A program made the translations under genes and the position numbers. The notes below the pieces were generated by a model. That model ran no database searches and was not told the origin of the DNA. It saw only the letters and a program-made list of their open reading frames with translations. Shown piece by piece: positions 49,564 through 61,667 of a stretch of DNA of 64,000 bases (within the stretch, counting starts at the first letter, position 1; every line of letters begins with the position of its first letter). Origin of the DNA: Lama guanicoe (taxonomy: Eukaryota); the NCBI GenBank assembly GCA_013239625.1, contig MU055574.1, positions 20,506,115 to 20,570,114 of the forward strand, written 5' to 3'.

Positions 49564-52500
49564 TTTTTTTTTTTTTTTTCAGGCCCCATATCTTTGTCCA
49601 CAGCTTTGTGGGTTTGCTAGCATAGGAAGTGAAGTACTTCCTATATAAGCTTTTGGCTGTGTGGTGTCAGACTTCTGTGTCCCCGGCCTTCGGATCCGGG
49701 TGCAGATGTATCACGCCAGATCAGATTTTCCTCTTTTAGTGTCAGCAGCAGAAAGTTACTGACGGCAGCGGTTCCATTAGGCTCTTGACATCTCTGCTGC
49801 AAATGTCCATCTTGGAAACCCTGCCCCTCTCCGTGACCTCCTTTCTCCCTGTCACTTCCCACCCCCACCCTCATTTTCCTATTTTAGGAGATTGTTCTAG
49901 ATTTTTGTAGGTGCGTGGTCTGGAGGTATGAGCTGAGAAGCTATCTGATAGTGATAAGGGGCATTAGTGAGGCAAGTGTTTCCTGAATATTCCGTTCGAG
50001 GACTTGGATGCAGGCCCAGAGCAGAGAAGTCTCTTCTGGTGTTCAGGTCAGAAAGACATTGCATTCCCCTCATCCCCAGAGTTTTGAGTTCACTGCTTTC
50101 TCTGGATTCAGAAAAGCGCCCCTCTAGCCAGTGACCACGTTGTGTGAACTTAGCTCTTATATCACCAACTCGGGTCTTTTTTTTCCCTCCCAAAGGAAAT
50201 CAAATTCTAGTTTCACACATGCTTATTAATTTTTATTACTGATTCCATCATGCCTCTATCCTGCTTTGTATACCGATGATTGCAGGCCAGTAATAAAGTG
50301 TTTAACAGCCATGTGACCATGACCATAACCCGAAGACTTGGAGGGAGTGAGGGAACTAAGGTATATTTCAAAAGAGTATGGCTGTGTGGCAATATGTGCG
50401 GAGTTCATGGAGCTGTTTTGTGTGGGAGGGAAGGAACTCAGTTTTCTAAGTTTTTTTTTCCTTTAAGCACTCGAGCATACCATGCATTTTATAATTGAAC
50501 TTTCTATACTTCATTTTAGATGTTAGCTGCTTGAAAAATTTGAGAGAACCTCAAATTATATTTTGCAAGCCATCGCCATTTGGCAGGCATGCAGTGGTGA
50601 ATAGTCTATGAAGACTCGAGAGGTGTCACAGTCAGACGCCTGTGTCAGAGGGTTGAGAAGTACTGTCCAGTTTAGCCCTCTGGCTTTTTGTTTTGACTTC
50701 TCTCTTTCTCTTGGATGGACGTTTGTTCCCGTTTCAGTGGCGATGGCTCTGCGTTTCTCTTTGTGAAGCCCTCCGAACTCTAGGCAGCCGGTTGACCAGT
50801 TGGATTTGCTCTTTCCTGGCTGCCCCCAGTCTGGTTCAGTTTTGACTGGGATGAGCTCTCGGTGTGGCATTTGCCAGAGCAGTGTTGGCAAAGCAGAAGC
50901 GCCTTCCTGTCCCTGGGCTGGTTGGCAGTATGCTGCTTGTGGCCTTCCTGCTGATTGGTAATCTGCCACCACCGTTCAGGATATTATGAAATGTAAACCA
51001 CATGCGGTTAAAATGGAACCTCTGTGCCACGGAACAGACGCAGACTGACAGCCGTCGTCCACTGTCATTTCAGCAGAAAACAGTGGGATTACGGTCAGGG
51101 GCAGAGGGTCTTAAACTTTTATGAACTACGGGAACCCCAGCCTGTGTGCTGAGCTTACATGGTGCACTAGTGAATTGTCCGTGTCCAGGGCGTATTTCAG
51201 TCACATAATTCACTTTAAAAATCAGAGATCACTTAAAGCCATTTGCCATGTGCGCGCCTTCTGTCCTCTCCCCGTCCCCTGCTGGCTTTGATGGTCTGAT
51301 TGCAGGGTGCTTCCGAGTTCCTCGTGACGCTCACTGTTGAACTCCTGGTTGACGTTTTTTGGAGGAGGCTTCCTGCTGAGCTAAGCAGTCATTTTAAGGG
51401 AGGGCATGAATCTGAGGTTAGGAACACAGAATAGGTGTGTTTCCTTCTTAGTGGAATCCTTAACCAGCCTGGATACAAAAGTGAGGTGAGTGCAGCCAGT
51501 GGGAAGGAGGGGGCCGAAGGAATTGATACTCTTTCCATGGAAACCTGTTGCGTGAGGGAAGAGAGCTTGCAGAAAGAAGGCAGTGCCTTTGGTGTTAGGC
51601 AATTCTGACTGTGCAAAAGAGAAAGCAGAACTGGACGGGAGTAAATAGCAGCAGAAGTTTATTTTTAAATTTAAAAAAATATTTTTTGTTTTTTGAGGTT
51701 TAAAACTTGGGGAGGAACTTGAGCTCCGAGAAGTGTATGATCTGTGATCAGCGTGACATGACGGAGCCTGGATCTTCCCAGAGGTCACGGCTTTTCCTCG
51801 GGGCCCTGCTCACAAGCACCCACTCCCTCCAGAATCCTACATGCCATACAGGATCTGTCATTTTAGGGGCATTTATTGTGACAAGAGTTAAACTCTTAAG
51901 TGTCATGGAATGGTTTGCCAGTTTCAGTGTTGTGATTGAAACTAAACATTTTCTGAAGAGTGAAGAAAAACTTTAAAACATTGAAAATAAACGAGGCAGA
52001 TTACCTGGCCCTTGGGGCTCCGCGGAGCCGGCCGTATTCCTGGCCGTGCCATTCCGCAGTTGTGTGATGTCGGACACGGGGGTCCATCTCTCTGAGCCTT
52101 GGAGTCCCTGACTCCCAAGTTGGGGAATCTGAGAGTTGAACTATGGCGTGAGGAGCTTGGGCAGCTGTGCCGAGTCGACGTCTGTGCCTGTGGTGAGCTG
52201 TGCTGTGACGCGTGCTCAGTCCACGGGCCGGCATCCTTCGCAGCCTGCCGGCGAATGGTGACTCTGTCCATATACATGCCTATATGTCATTGTTCTGGGA
52301 GGGAGGATGTTCCCGTCCAGAGTCACTGTGCAGTAGTGGAACCAGACAGCTAAGAAAAATTAGCATTGGGTGGTGGGAAACGCGAAGAGGGTTGCATCAG
52401 AGCTCTGGAACCAGCAGGGACCAGCCGGAGCGATCCGGGGCCCTACCTCGCGTACGTGTGTGTCTAGAACTGTCAGGTTTGCTTTGAAATGAATTTGGAG

Positions 52501-52951
52501 TTTTTAAGAGTAGGAGTGGGAGATTGGCTTCACTACATTTTACAGTCTGAAAAAATGAGGTCGAATGGGAAGGATTTTGCTTGCTTTTGCTGATTTTCAA
52601 GGCCAGGTTCTTGCACAGATGGTTATGTGTCCAGAAGAGCGTTTCTAACTGGGATTGGGCTGCCTCCCTGGAGGATATGAACTGAATGTTGCAAGACTGG
52701 GAAGTGAGCAGGGCTTCTCGGTGATGTTTCCCATTGACCACCTGCTTCCTTGGGCCTTTGTGGTTGTCCCTTTTCCATCCCCTTGTGTCCTGTCGTTTCC
52801 TGCAGATGGGACAGAGGATGGACTAGAACCATGGTGTCTTTTTAGAAGGCTTGACCTGATATGAGTGTCAGAGTTTCATGAAAATGCCTGCTGGGCTTTC
52901 ATACGTATCCTGCTGCGGGAGATGCTTGTAGAGGAGATGTATTTAAAAGAT

Positions 52952-52953
<2 letters not shown>

Positions 52954-52991
<38 letters not shown>
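52954..52991. repeat. (GT)n microsatellite, ~19 units
   Basis: Directly visible. Confidence 0.95.
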
Positions 52992-52994
<3 letters not shown>

Positions 52995-53849
52995 AGACTG
53001 CATTTCCACACAACTTGCAGCTATTTTTTTCCATGATTTGTTTCATACTGAAAGTTTAAAATTTTAATATTGTAGCTTACTTTTTCTCTTTGGTCTAATG
53101 TGTTGGTCTCATTTTTTTTCCTGTCTGTTTCTGGGTTTTTTTTTTTTTTTTCCCTTCCCAAGTATTTACTTGTGTAACCCGAAAAAGCTCAGTCTAGGAT
53201 ATAGACTTTTCTGTGAATCTCAGCTGCACCATCTCACTTGCTGGGCTATTAAATAAATCGTTGCTGGATGTCCTCATTTTGGCTGTACGTGTTCACTTCA
53301 GGTAGGGAGTTTTCTAGTGGACAAACTTCTGGACAAAAGATGATTATTCCTCAAAGATACTGTTAAATTTTATTTAGCCTATATACTTTTATTGTTTCTG
53401 AAGCCATTCTCTGGTTCCAGAATATAATCATGATGCTTTTAAACTTTAGCATAAATTTGAAGAGTAATTTCAGCCTAGGCCACTCTGGTAGTTTGGCCTT
53501 CAGTCTGGCAAGGAGTCTAGAATCATCTAGTTCCAAGCATGTAATTTTCTTAAAAAGTGCTACTGGATTATTTATGACTTTCAATTTTAATGACATCGTC
53601 CTTAACAGATATTTGCTACAAGCAAAAAGTGTCTCTAGATGATAATTTAACCTAAATAGGGTGCAAAGCAGGATAGACAGTAGTTTTTGGAATGTGCTCC
53701 GGGAGTTTTCAGATAGATTATTTAAATCGAATGATTCTTCCTGAACTCCTAGTCGTGCAGGGCGCTAGGTGTGTTTGTTTTAAAGCAGACATGTGTCTGC
53801 TGGGGTCCAAGTGTTTCACATACTGATGGCTTGCAGGGCTGGTCCTTCT

Positions 53850-53981
53850 TTTTTTTTTTTTTTTTTTTTTTTAATCACCTTTTGGGAGGAGGGAATGAGG
53901 TTTATTTATTTTTTAATGGAGGTACAGGGAATTGAACCCAGGACCTCGTGTGTGCTGAGCACGTGCTCTACCCTTCCCCCG
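53850..53981 (-). mobile_element. Camelid tRNA-derived SINE (Vic-1-like)
   Basis: poly-T followed by aatggaggtacagggaattgaacccaggacctcgtgtgtgctgagcacgtgctctacc. Confidence 0.8.
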
Positions 53982-55954
53982 CAGACCTTCATTTTTAAGG
54001 GAGGTGACCAAGGACTTTTCTCCAAAGTTTGGGTTTGGGAGTCTTGTTGAAGGTGCTACCCTGTGCTGAGTGGTGATTAAAGTAACCCCTGAGAAAAACC
54101 AGCACTCAAGTACTTTTGCCCTGTTACTCCTGTACCCCTTAACATTTTGATAAATCTTGACAAAAAGCGTATGTAAAATGCAAATAGAGGAAAGAAGCAG
54201 AACTGAGTAGAGCAACAGCTTTCTAGGAACCTTGATTTCCAGATAAGCAGGACAGCGTGTCCCCCATTTTACTCTTTTTCATCTCTTTTCTGCTCCACAA
54301 ACACATTCTTTACTTAAATATCACCTTTGCCAAAAACAGCAGCCGATTTCTGTTTTCCAGAAAAGCATAACATTTTCGGGAACCATGTGGATTTCGTTAG
54401 GGTTGATTCCTACCAGTTGACTCATCCTGAAATGACACCTTCACATACCTTAACAGTGCCACTGCTTTACATCTGGCTTTAAATTTGAAGTCTGGTTTCC
54501 TGGAAAAACTTGGGGGTCCTGAGTAAGAGATTCACGATTTTCCTTAATTAACTGTAATTGATAGAAAAATTTACGAATACTCTGCAAATAAAAGCCACTA
54601 GCTTAAAATTTTAAGGAAAGATCCATAGCACCTTTGAGTGGCCTTTCTTTGCTTCAAGTACAAAATCAAAACTGCTTCCTTTAATTTGTGTGACCGGTGC
54701 CCCCATCTCCTGGACCTCACCTTCTGTTGGTCTCTTTTTCCACCTGGCTCCAGCCACAGCCCCTCCTTTCCTTTGCATCGTTGTGCTAAGTTTATTTCCA
54801 CCTCAGGACTGCGAGATGGCTGAGCAGTCTGCTGGAATATCTTCCCACTGTGCCTCCCCCTGGGTTGCTCTTTTTGCCATTGAAGCCCCAGGGAGAATAT
54901 GATCTCAGAAAATGTCCCCGACTGAAGTAGCTGCGTGTTTCCCACCTCGTTCCGCTGTTGTGTTTTTGTCAAAGCTCGCCTGTGTTTAGTAGGTGGAATT
55001 TTCCTGGGTATTTTTTTACCTGTTTAATTTCTGTCCTCCCCAGGAATCTACACTCGGGGGGCAGGGATTTTTCTGTCTGATCATTGTTTGGTCATTGCTG
55101 TGCTCCTCAGTAAATACTTAAGAAATAATTTGTGAGGCCAATGAGTAAAGGTTAGTGAAGGTCGAAAGAAACAGGCCTTGATGGATAGCTCTCTCGTGCT
55201 TGCTGTTAGTTGGGTCTCTTTCCCGGGCCGTGTAACTCCCCTGACTGTGGAGATAGCTCTAAGGTGTTCCTGATCAAGAAGCTGAGTTCAGTGGTAGCTG
55301 CTTGTGAGCCTGGCGTCACCCAAGGCCGGGCCCTTCACAAAGCACCCTGGCCAGTTTTTCAGGTTTCCAGGGGAGCGGTCCGCAGCCCTGCCTGAGCGCT
55401 CCTGTGGGCCCTGGCAGGGGGAACTGATGGGTGCCCTGACCCGGGTTCAGGAGAATGCTCGCCTCTGCTGTTGGGGTGGGGTCCCTCCATTGCTGAAGAG
55501 CCCTCCAATGGGGCTCTTCCGGACACCTCTTCTGGGCAGGGAGGGGTGTGTTGCCCGGTGTTTTGTGCTGGGTCATCGCCCGATGCCCGGTGGAGGGGGG
55601 CTCTGGGAAGTGGACTGCTGCCTCTCCTGGGGTGCGTTCTCTCCTCGAGCTGGTGGTGCTGTCCATAAGCTCTGGATGCATACACGTGGTCTCAGGGTTT
55701 AGCAGTTTCAAGGTCTCATTCCCAAGCCCTCCACAATTCCAGGATAGCCTAAGCAATTCTGATTTAATGTGTCTTCCTTTTTTTAAAACAGTAGTTGAAT
55801 TAATGCATCTTTGCATTTTGCGAGAAACTTTTAATTTACTTTCCTCATTTCTTGTGTGCCCTTGCTGAGGAAATTTTACAAAATGGAGAAAACATTCTCC
55901 TTGGGAAGAGTGGAGAATTGGGAATAATTGTATGATGGGGCTGACGAAGCGTTC

Positions 55955-56184
55955 TAGTTGACCCTTGAACAGTGTGGGTGTTACGAGTGCCGCGCCCCCA
56001 CTCTCCCCCCACCCTGTCACAAATTCCCATGTAACTTTACAGTTTGCCCTCTGTGTCCACAGTTCCGCATCCGTGGCTTCAGCCAGTCGTGGTCATGTAG
56101 TACAGCAGCGCAGTACTTAATGGAAAAAAGTCACTTATAAGTTGACCCATGCATTTCAAACCCATGTTTTTCAAGGGTCAGCTG
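55955..56184. mobile_element. Tigger-family MITE (Tigger2-like)
   Basis: Terminal inverted repeats tagttgacccttgaa / ttcaagggtcagctg, followed by TA. Confidence 0.8.
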
Positions 56185-56819
56185 TATTTTTTCCCAAGTA
56201 TACAGATTGATTCATGGCCAGTTGCTCAATATCTAATTTGCTGAAGGTTTGAGCGGACAGTTTTAATGCATGTAAAATGCTTGATATAGTGGATCAGCTA
56301 AAGTAAATGTTGTCTGATTTTGGATCAGGCAGTCAACTTCTGGCACTGCTTCATCTTGTAAAAGGTAAACCAGAAGTAGAACTGTCTTGCATGCCATACT
56401 TAGTTTTTAAATAAGACAGAGTTAAAAACAATCCTGTGGTTTTTCGGCATTCCAGTGTGGTTGGAAAGGTTATTTACTGTCTTACAGTTCAGCATGATTC
56501 TTGAGCAGTTACTTAGATATCTGAGTTGGTGTTCTTAAATTAATAGAATTTTAAAAAATAGAATTTTAAGTGTTTCAATGATCGTGGAGTTGTGAGGCTG
56601 TTTCAGAGCAGATTGAACCAGAGCAAAGTGGTATTTAGTGGTTTCTGCCCTGGCTTCTATTCAACTTAGCATAGTTCTACTTTAATATTTTCCACTAATG
56701 AAAGTGTGTCTTCTAGGTTATGGTAGTCTTAAGCAAATGTGACTTGAATGTGAAACTAGAGAGAAGTTTAATTATTGGCAGATAAGTGACAGTGACAAAT
56801 TGTTTTTCTTCCTTTCTAG

Positions 56820-56959
56820 TTACACATGGGAAGCTGTTGATACTCAAAATAACAGGCTTTATAAAATCAGCATCTGTGGAAATATGAATATTGCCCAGTG
56901 TGGGTCATCCAGTGCTGTGTGTATGCACGACTTGAAGACAGACAGCTTTCGTTCTGTGG
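56820..56959 (+). CDS. IGF2R: IGF2R exon 2 (140 nt)
   Basis: Polypyrimidine tract and acceptor (ttttcttcctttctag|T). Reading (S)[46 protein letters not shown](G) continues exon 1 in frame (AG+T=Ser). Donor G|GTAAGT at 56960. Missed by the ORF track because it is short. Confidence 0.97.
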
Positions 56960-59900
56960 GTAAGTAAAACTCCCCTTAAATTATTGGGTGTGCAGGATCC
57001 CAATTTTGCAAAAATGACTCTGTATAACAGCCATCTATACAATTATATATGCTTATAATACATCATATACATTTTCTGTTTTATAGTGATTAAAAGTGGT
57101 AAAAAATTTAAATGTCCTGTATGAGATCAGATTCGGTTACTCCCGTCTAGTGGATACTCTGCAGTCAATCATTGTGAAGAATAATGCGCATTTGTGTTTA
57201 TAGATGTGGAAGGGTGGTTCCTATGTGGCTCTGCTTTCTCGTTTTTCTTGAAACTTTGTCTTTACTTTTCTCCCTCCTTCATCCCATTTCCTCTGGTGCC
57301 CTCTTCCTCCTATCTGTCTTCTTTCTCTTGTGTTTGATTCTCAGGCAGTCTGTATTCACATAGGGTCAAAGATGGTCCCTGGTTTTGGGCCTACATTAAA
57401 AATTAAATAGTCCTAAGGACTGCCAATCCCAGAGGAAAAAGCACAAACACTTCTTCCCTGGGGCTCATTTCATTTCCCCAAAGGCCCTTCTTTTGTCAGG
57501 ATCCCTTTCCTTGGGGAGGATGATGGGTCCAAGTGGTTAACAACCATACCAAGTAACATGGAGCAGGAAAATGGTAGATGCCTAAAGGAAGAGCTGTGGT
57601 GGGGGGACATAAAAGCGGCCGGTGTCTGCTGGATTTGGTGGCATGGATGCCTGTGGTGACCTTTGACCAAGGCAGTTTCAGTGGTCAGGTCTGATGGTGA
57701 GGGTCAGTCATGAATGGAGACAGCATGTGACGGGGTGGTTTGGCAGTGAGAAGAGGGTCCTTGGTAGTTTTTTGGAGTTGGGAGCGGCAGCTTACCTTGG
57801 TAGCCCGATCTGTCATTTTGAATGGAAATTCCTAAACATACTTAAAAGGGCTTTTTAGAAAGTAATGTTTAGAGTAAGGTCCATTGAGGTCCAGCTCCTG
57901 TTCAGTTTCCTTGTGTCCAGATAAGGAAACGGTCTAGACTGAAAACACTGGTAAGAGGGATTGGAGGCTCAGGGGAGATCTGAGAAAGCACCAAGCTGTT
58001 CTGAACTCTTGGGCCAAATTTTTATTATTTTATGATATACTTAAAAACTTGCAAATGAGCTCATTAGTTTCTGGGTTGGGGTCTTTTGACAATTCCCGGA
58101 AAGAGGCCCAAGTGGGCCTATTGGCCAGTGTCGCTTAGGTTTTCAGAAAGAGGAAAAGCAGTTTTCCTCTTGGCTTTATACTTGGCTGTGGTATTTTTGG
58201 TTAATAAAAGTATGTCTTCTAGGTGGTGGTACTACAGAATAGTGTAATGTAACATAGATGGATACCAGATGCAGGACACTAGGAGGGTGATTTGTGAGGT
58301 TGGCACAAAATTTGAGAATGACTAAATTAGGTAGGCTTTGAAAGCCAGGCAGGAGAGTTGATATTTTCCGGGGTAGGTAGTGGATCCGTTGTGGATTCTT
58401 TGTGATGGTAATAGGGGAGGTAATCCGATAAAATGTGTTTTTAGAAAGCTAGGCCTGATGGGATAGGAGAGGTTGGTTAAAAGAGAGAGTTAAAAAGATG
58501 AGTTAAGTTATGGGTTGACGATGATATAAAGCAGCCGTTTCTAATCTCATTGTACTCCCAGACACACAGGACATACTTTTCCTAGGGCCTCAGACTCCCA
58601 GAGGGAGAGAATGGTATGCTGGCCGATGTGTGCTTTCAGCGCTAGTGGTCATTGCCCCGTCCTTCAACTCAGGCAAGCACGCTGGCTTGAGTGAGACATT
58701 AACATTAACCCGGAGATCATCTAGACTCAGATCTCATTCTGCTAATGCATGTTACACAATAGAAATAACTAAATTTGTTACTATAAATTTAGTTTTATAA
58801 CTAAGGAATAACTAAAATTGGTGTGTGCTTACATGCCAGGCATTATGTTTTTAAGTAAAATACCTCACTCAGTTTATCTGACTACTTTTGAAGGATGTGA
58901 TTTCATTTCCCTCATTTTATAAATGAAGAAACTGAAGCATTCAATGGACAAGCCGCTCACCAGAGGTTGCCTGGGTATGGATTTGAATGTTGGCAGGCCG
59001 ACTGTAAAGCTGGGGTACTTACTTATTCAGAGTTCTTGTTCTGTGAGTCACAGGGTCACATCAGATTGTTGTAGAGCTAATACGGGGACCATGATGGGTA
59101 ATCTGAACTCCTGGCTCTGAGAGGACAACTGGAAACTAACTTCTTACGAGCTTGCTAGAAAGGAAGGAAAAAATGTGAATTTTGAAAACAGCCACAAAAA
59201 TTGGGAGGTCCCAATAGGTCAGAGAAACAGAAGAGCTAGTATAGCAGTAGATCCAAATATATTTGAGAACTTAATGTATAACCTAAAATTTGGATGTAAT
59301 TAAGCTATTCATCTCTTAGGAAACAGCTTTAAACCTCTCCTTCATACCGTGTAACAGAAATGATGGATTAGTTTAAATTAAAAAGACAATAGAACATTGG
59401 GGAAAACCCTAGAAATATAATCTGGAGGAGGTAGGAATTTCTCTTAATAAAGGATAAGTAAAACAAACAACTCTGGAGAAAAATGGCAAAGTCTGAGAAC
59501 AGGCAATTCACAAAAGAAGAAATCCAGATGGTCAGTTCAACTTCATTCGTCAGCCAGGCATAAATGTAAATCAAAGCAATAATGAAATTAATTTTTCTTC
59601 AATCAAATTGGCAGAAGTTTAAATGGTTGAATCATGGAGTGCTGGCAGGGAGCCTAAAAACGGGCACATTCATATATTGTCATAGGAAGATGGTTGTCTA
59701 TAACCCTTCTGGGAAGATAATTGATTTAAGTTTTGTAATGCCTGCAAGAGCAGTTTCTCTACTTAGAAACAAGTATTAAAACCTCAACTTTGGTTTAAAC
59801 AATATTACATTATTTTTGATTGAAAAAATCCTACATTAGTTCTTCCCTAGGCCAATGATGTTGTTACATATATAAATGTAGCAGAGTTTAGCAATTGTTG

Positions 59901-60919
59901 TTATGGAGTCTGTGAACAACATTTGGTTCCATTTACAACTTCGTTGAATCATCTTTACCAGATTTTAAAATGATTTATGCATTTTATATATTTGATTTTT
60001 TTTTTGTTAAAAGTACTTCAGGTACTTGATCTGACCAAATTAAGTGCTAATAAGAATTCTTATAGATTTAATAGTTTAAAAGAAATATGATAAACCTGAA
60101 ATTCTCTTAGATGGTCTAATAGTGTGTCACAAGTCTAACTCAATTGCTTAGTTAGATAACCTTTGAACTTGAGTTACAACATTAAACATCGCAAGTCTGT
60201 AAAAATGCCAAATCTGTTCACATTCCTCCCAACATTCTAAATACTAAAACCATTAATACCATGATTTTCATTCAAAAGCTATGTATCCACTTCATGAAGG
60301 CTGTTACCAGATATTTGAACCTAGGAGGTAACATACCACTAGGGAAGAGTGTTAAGGTTACTCACCACCAAAGCCTGGGATTCTGACTGGCTTCTTATTG
60401 GTGATGTGGGTGTAGGATCCAGTGAATCTGATTGTAGTTGCTGGTCAAGTGACTTCATTTACACTAAGGAGCCTGGCCCCTGACTGCAGGAGGCACTTAT
60501 ATTATCTGATTCTTGTGTGTGCTTGGGGAAATCTATAGCAGCTATCCAAGTTGATCACTAGATTGAATTTTGCATCTCTGACTATTAAAATGGGAAAATA
60601 TCTTTCACTCTTAAGCCTTATGTCTTTTGTTTTCTTAAAATCATATAATTCTATTGGATATTTAAGATGGTATCTGGGATTATCTGTTAGATTTAAAAAC
60701 TGATTCCTGTGATGTACTTTTGCTAATCTTACCAATAGAAGAGTTAGCACTGTACATAGATTTTTGTACAAAAAAATTTCTTGTAGCATTGTTAACTGTG
60801 GCAAATAAGCTGAAACATACTAACTGTGGGGATAGTTCAATAAATTGCAGTATATTTTATTCTGATTTAGTTAAATCACATCACAACAGATAAATTATAT
60901 TTTAAAACAGCCAACACAA

Positions 60920-61290
60920 TATTCATTTATTTATTTATAACAAATACTTGAATGAATCTGTCACCAAAGCAGACAAAAATCCCTTTTCTCATGGAGCTTT
61001 CATTCTAGCGGAGTGAGAGGGAGGCACAAAAACAGTGGCTGAGTGTGGTGTATTAGACTGTGGTGAATGCTGTAGAAAAGAACAGGAAGGAGAGTCAGGA
61101 GTGCTGGGGTCTCAGGGGTGTGTGTTCGGGAATATTCACTGGGGTTAGTGTCACTGAGAAAGTGACAATTGAGCAAAGACTTGAAGCCAAAGGGAGTGAG
61201 TCGTGTGGTTCTGGGGAACAGCCAGCGCAGGGGAAAAGGGGGTGGAGGAGAGCATCTGAGGGGCGTAGTGGGTGGTAGCAAGAGTGGAAA
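60920..61290 (-). mobile_element. LINE-2 3' fragment abutting the intron-2 CpG island
   Basis: attcatttatttatttataacaaatacttgaatg...cagacaaaaatccct..ctcatggagctttcattctag...tcactgagaaagtgacaattgagcaaagacttgaag. Confidence 0.7.
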
Positions 61291-61667
61291 TCTCTTTTAG
61301 AGTGTTAATATATATGTAAAGAGGATCAGACAAATAAGGCAATAGCTGGAGGGAAAAGCTAGAGAGAGGGGATTCTCTTTTAGTTTGGTGAAACATCACG
61401 TGAACAGTACACGTCGAAGGACACGATACAGTAGAGCAGGGAAAGTGGACAGCGAGGGAGGCCTTGCTGGAGCACATCGGAGACTAGCACGGAGAGGGCT
61501 GTCGGCCTGGCTGACAGGCTCTGAGCGATGTGTTGAGGAGGCCCGGCGGCCGTGTGCTGGGCCCCGCGGCCGCAGGCGGAGTCGTGATCGCCAGGCCTGG
61601 CAGCCTCAGCGAGGTCGAGTTGCGAGCTCGGCTGGGCTCGGCCGTGGACGGCGAGGGTTGCAGGCGA

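Larger units (their letters stand above)
38062..56819 (+). other. IGF2R: IGF2R intron 1
   Basis: GT...AG bounded by exons 1 and 2; candidate branch sites (TGAC) near 56787-56796. Confidence 0.93.

Noticed and set aside
49439-49600. Apparent direct repeat (poly-T + caggcccc...) around the gap
   Set aside because: Near-identical sequence on both sides of an N run beside a homopolymer suggests overlapping contig ends (assembly artefact).
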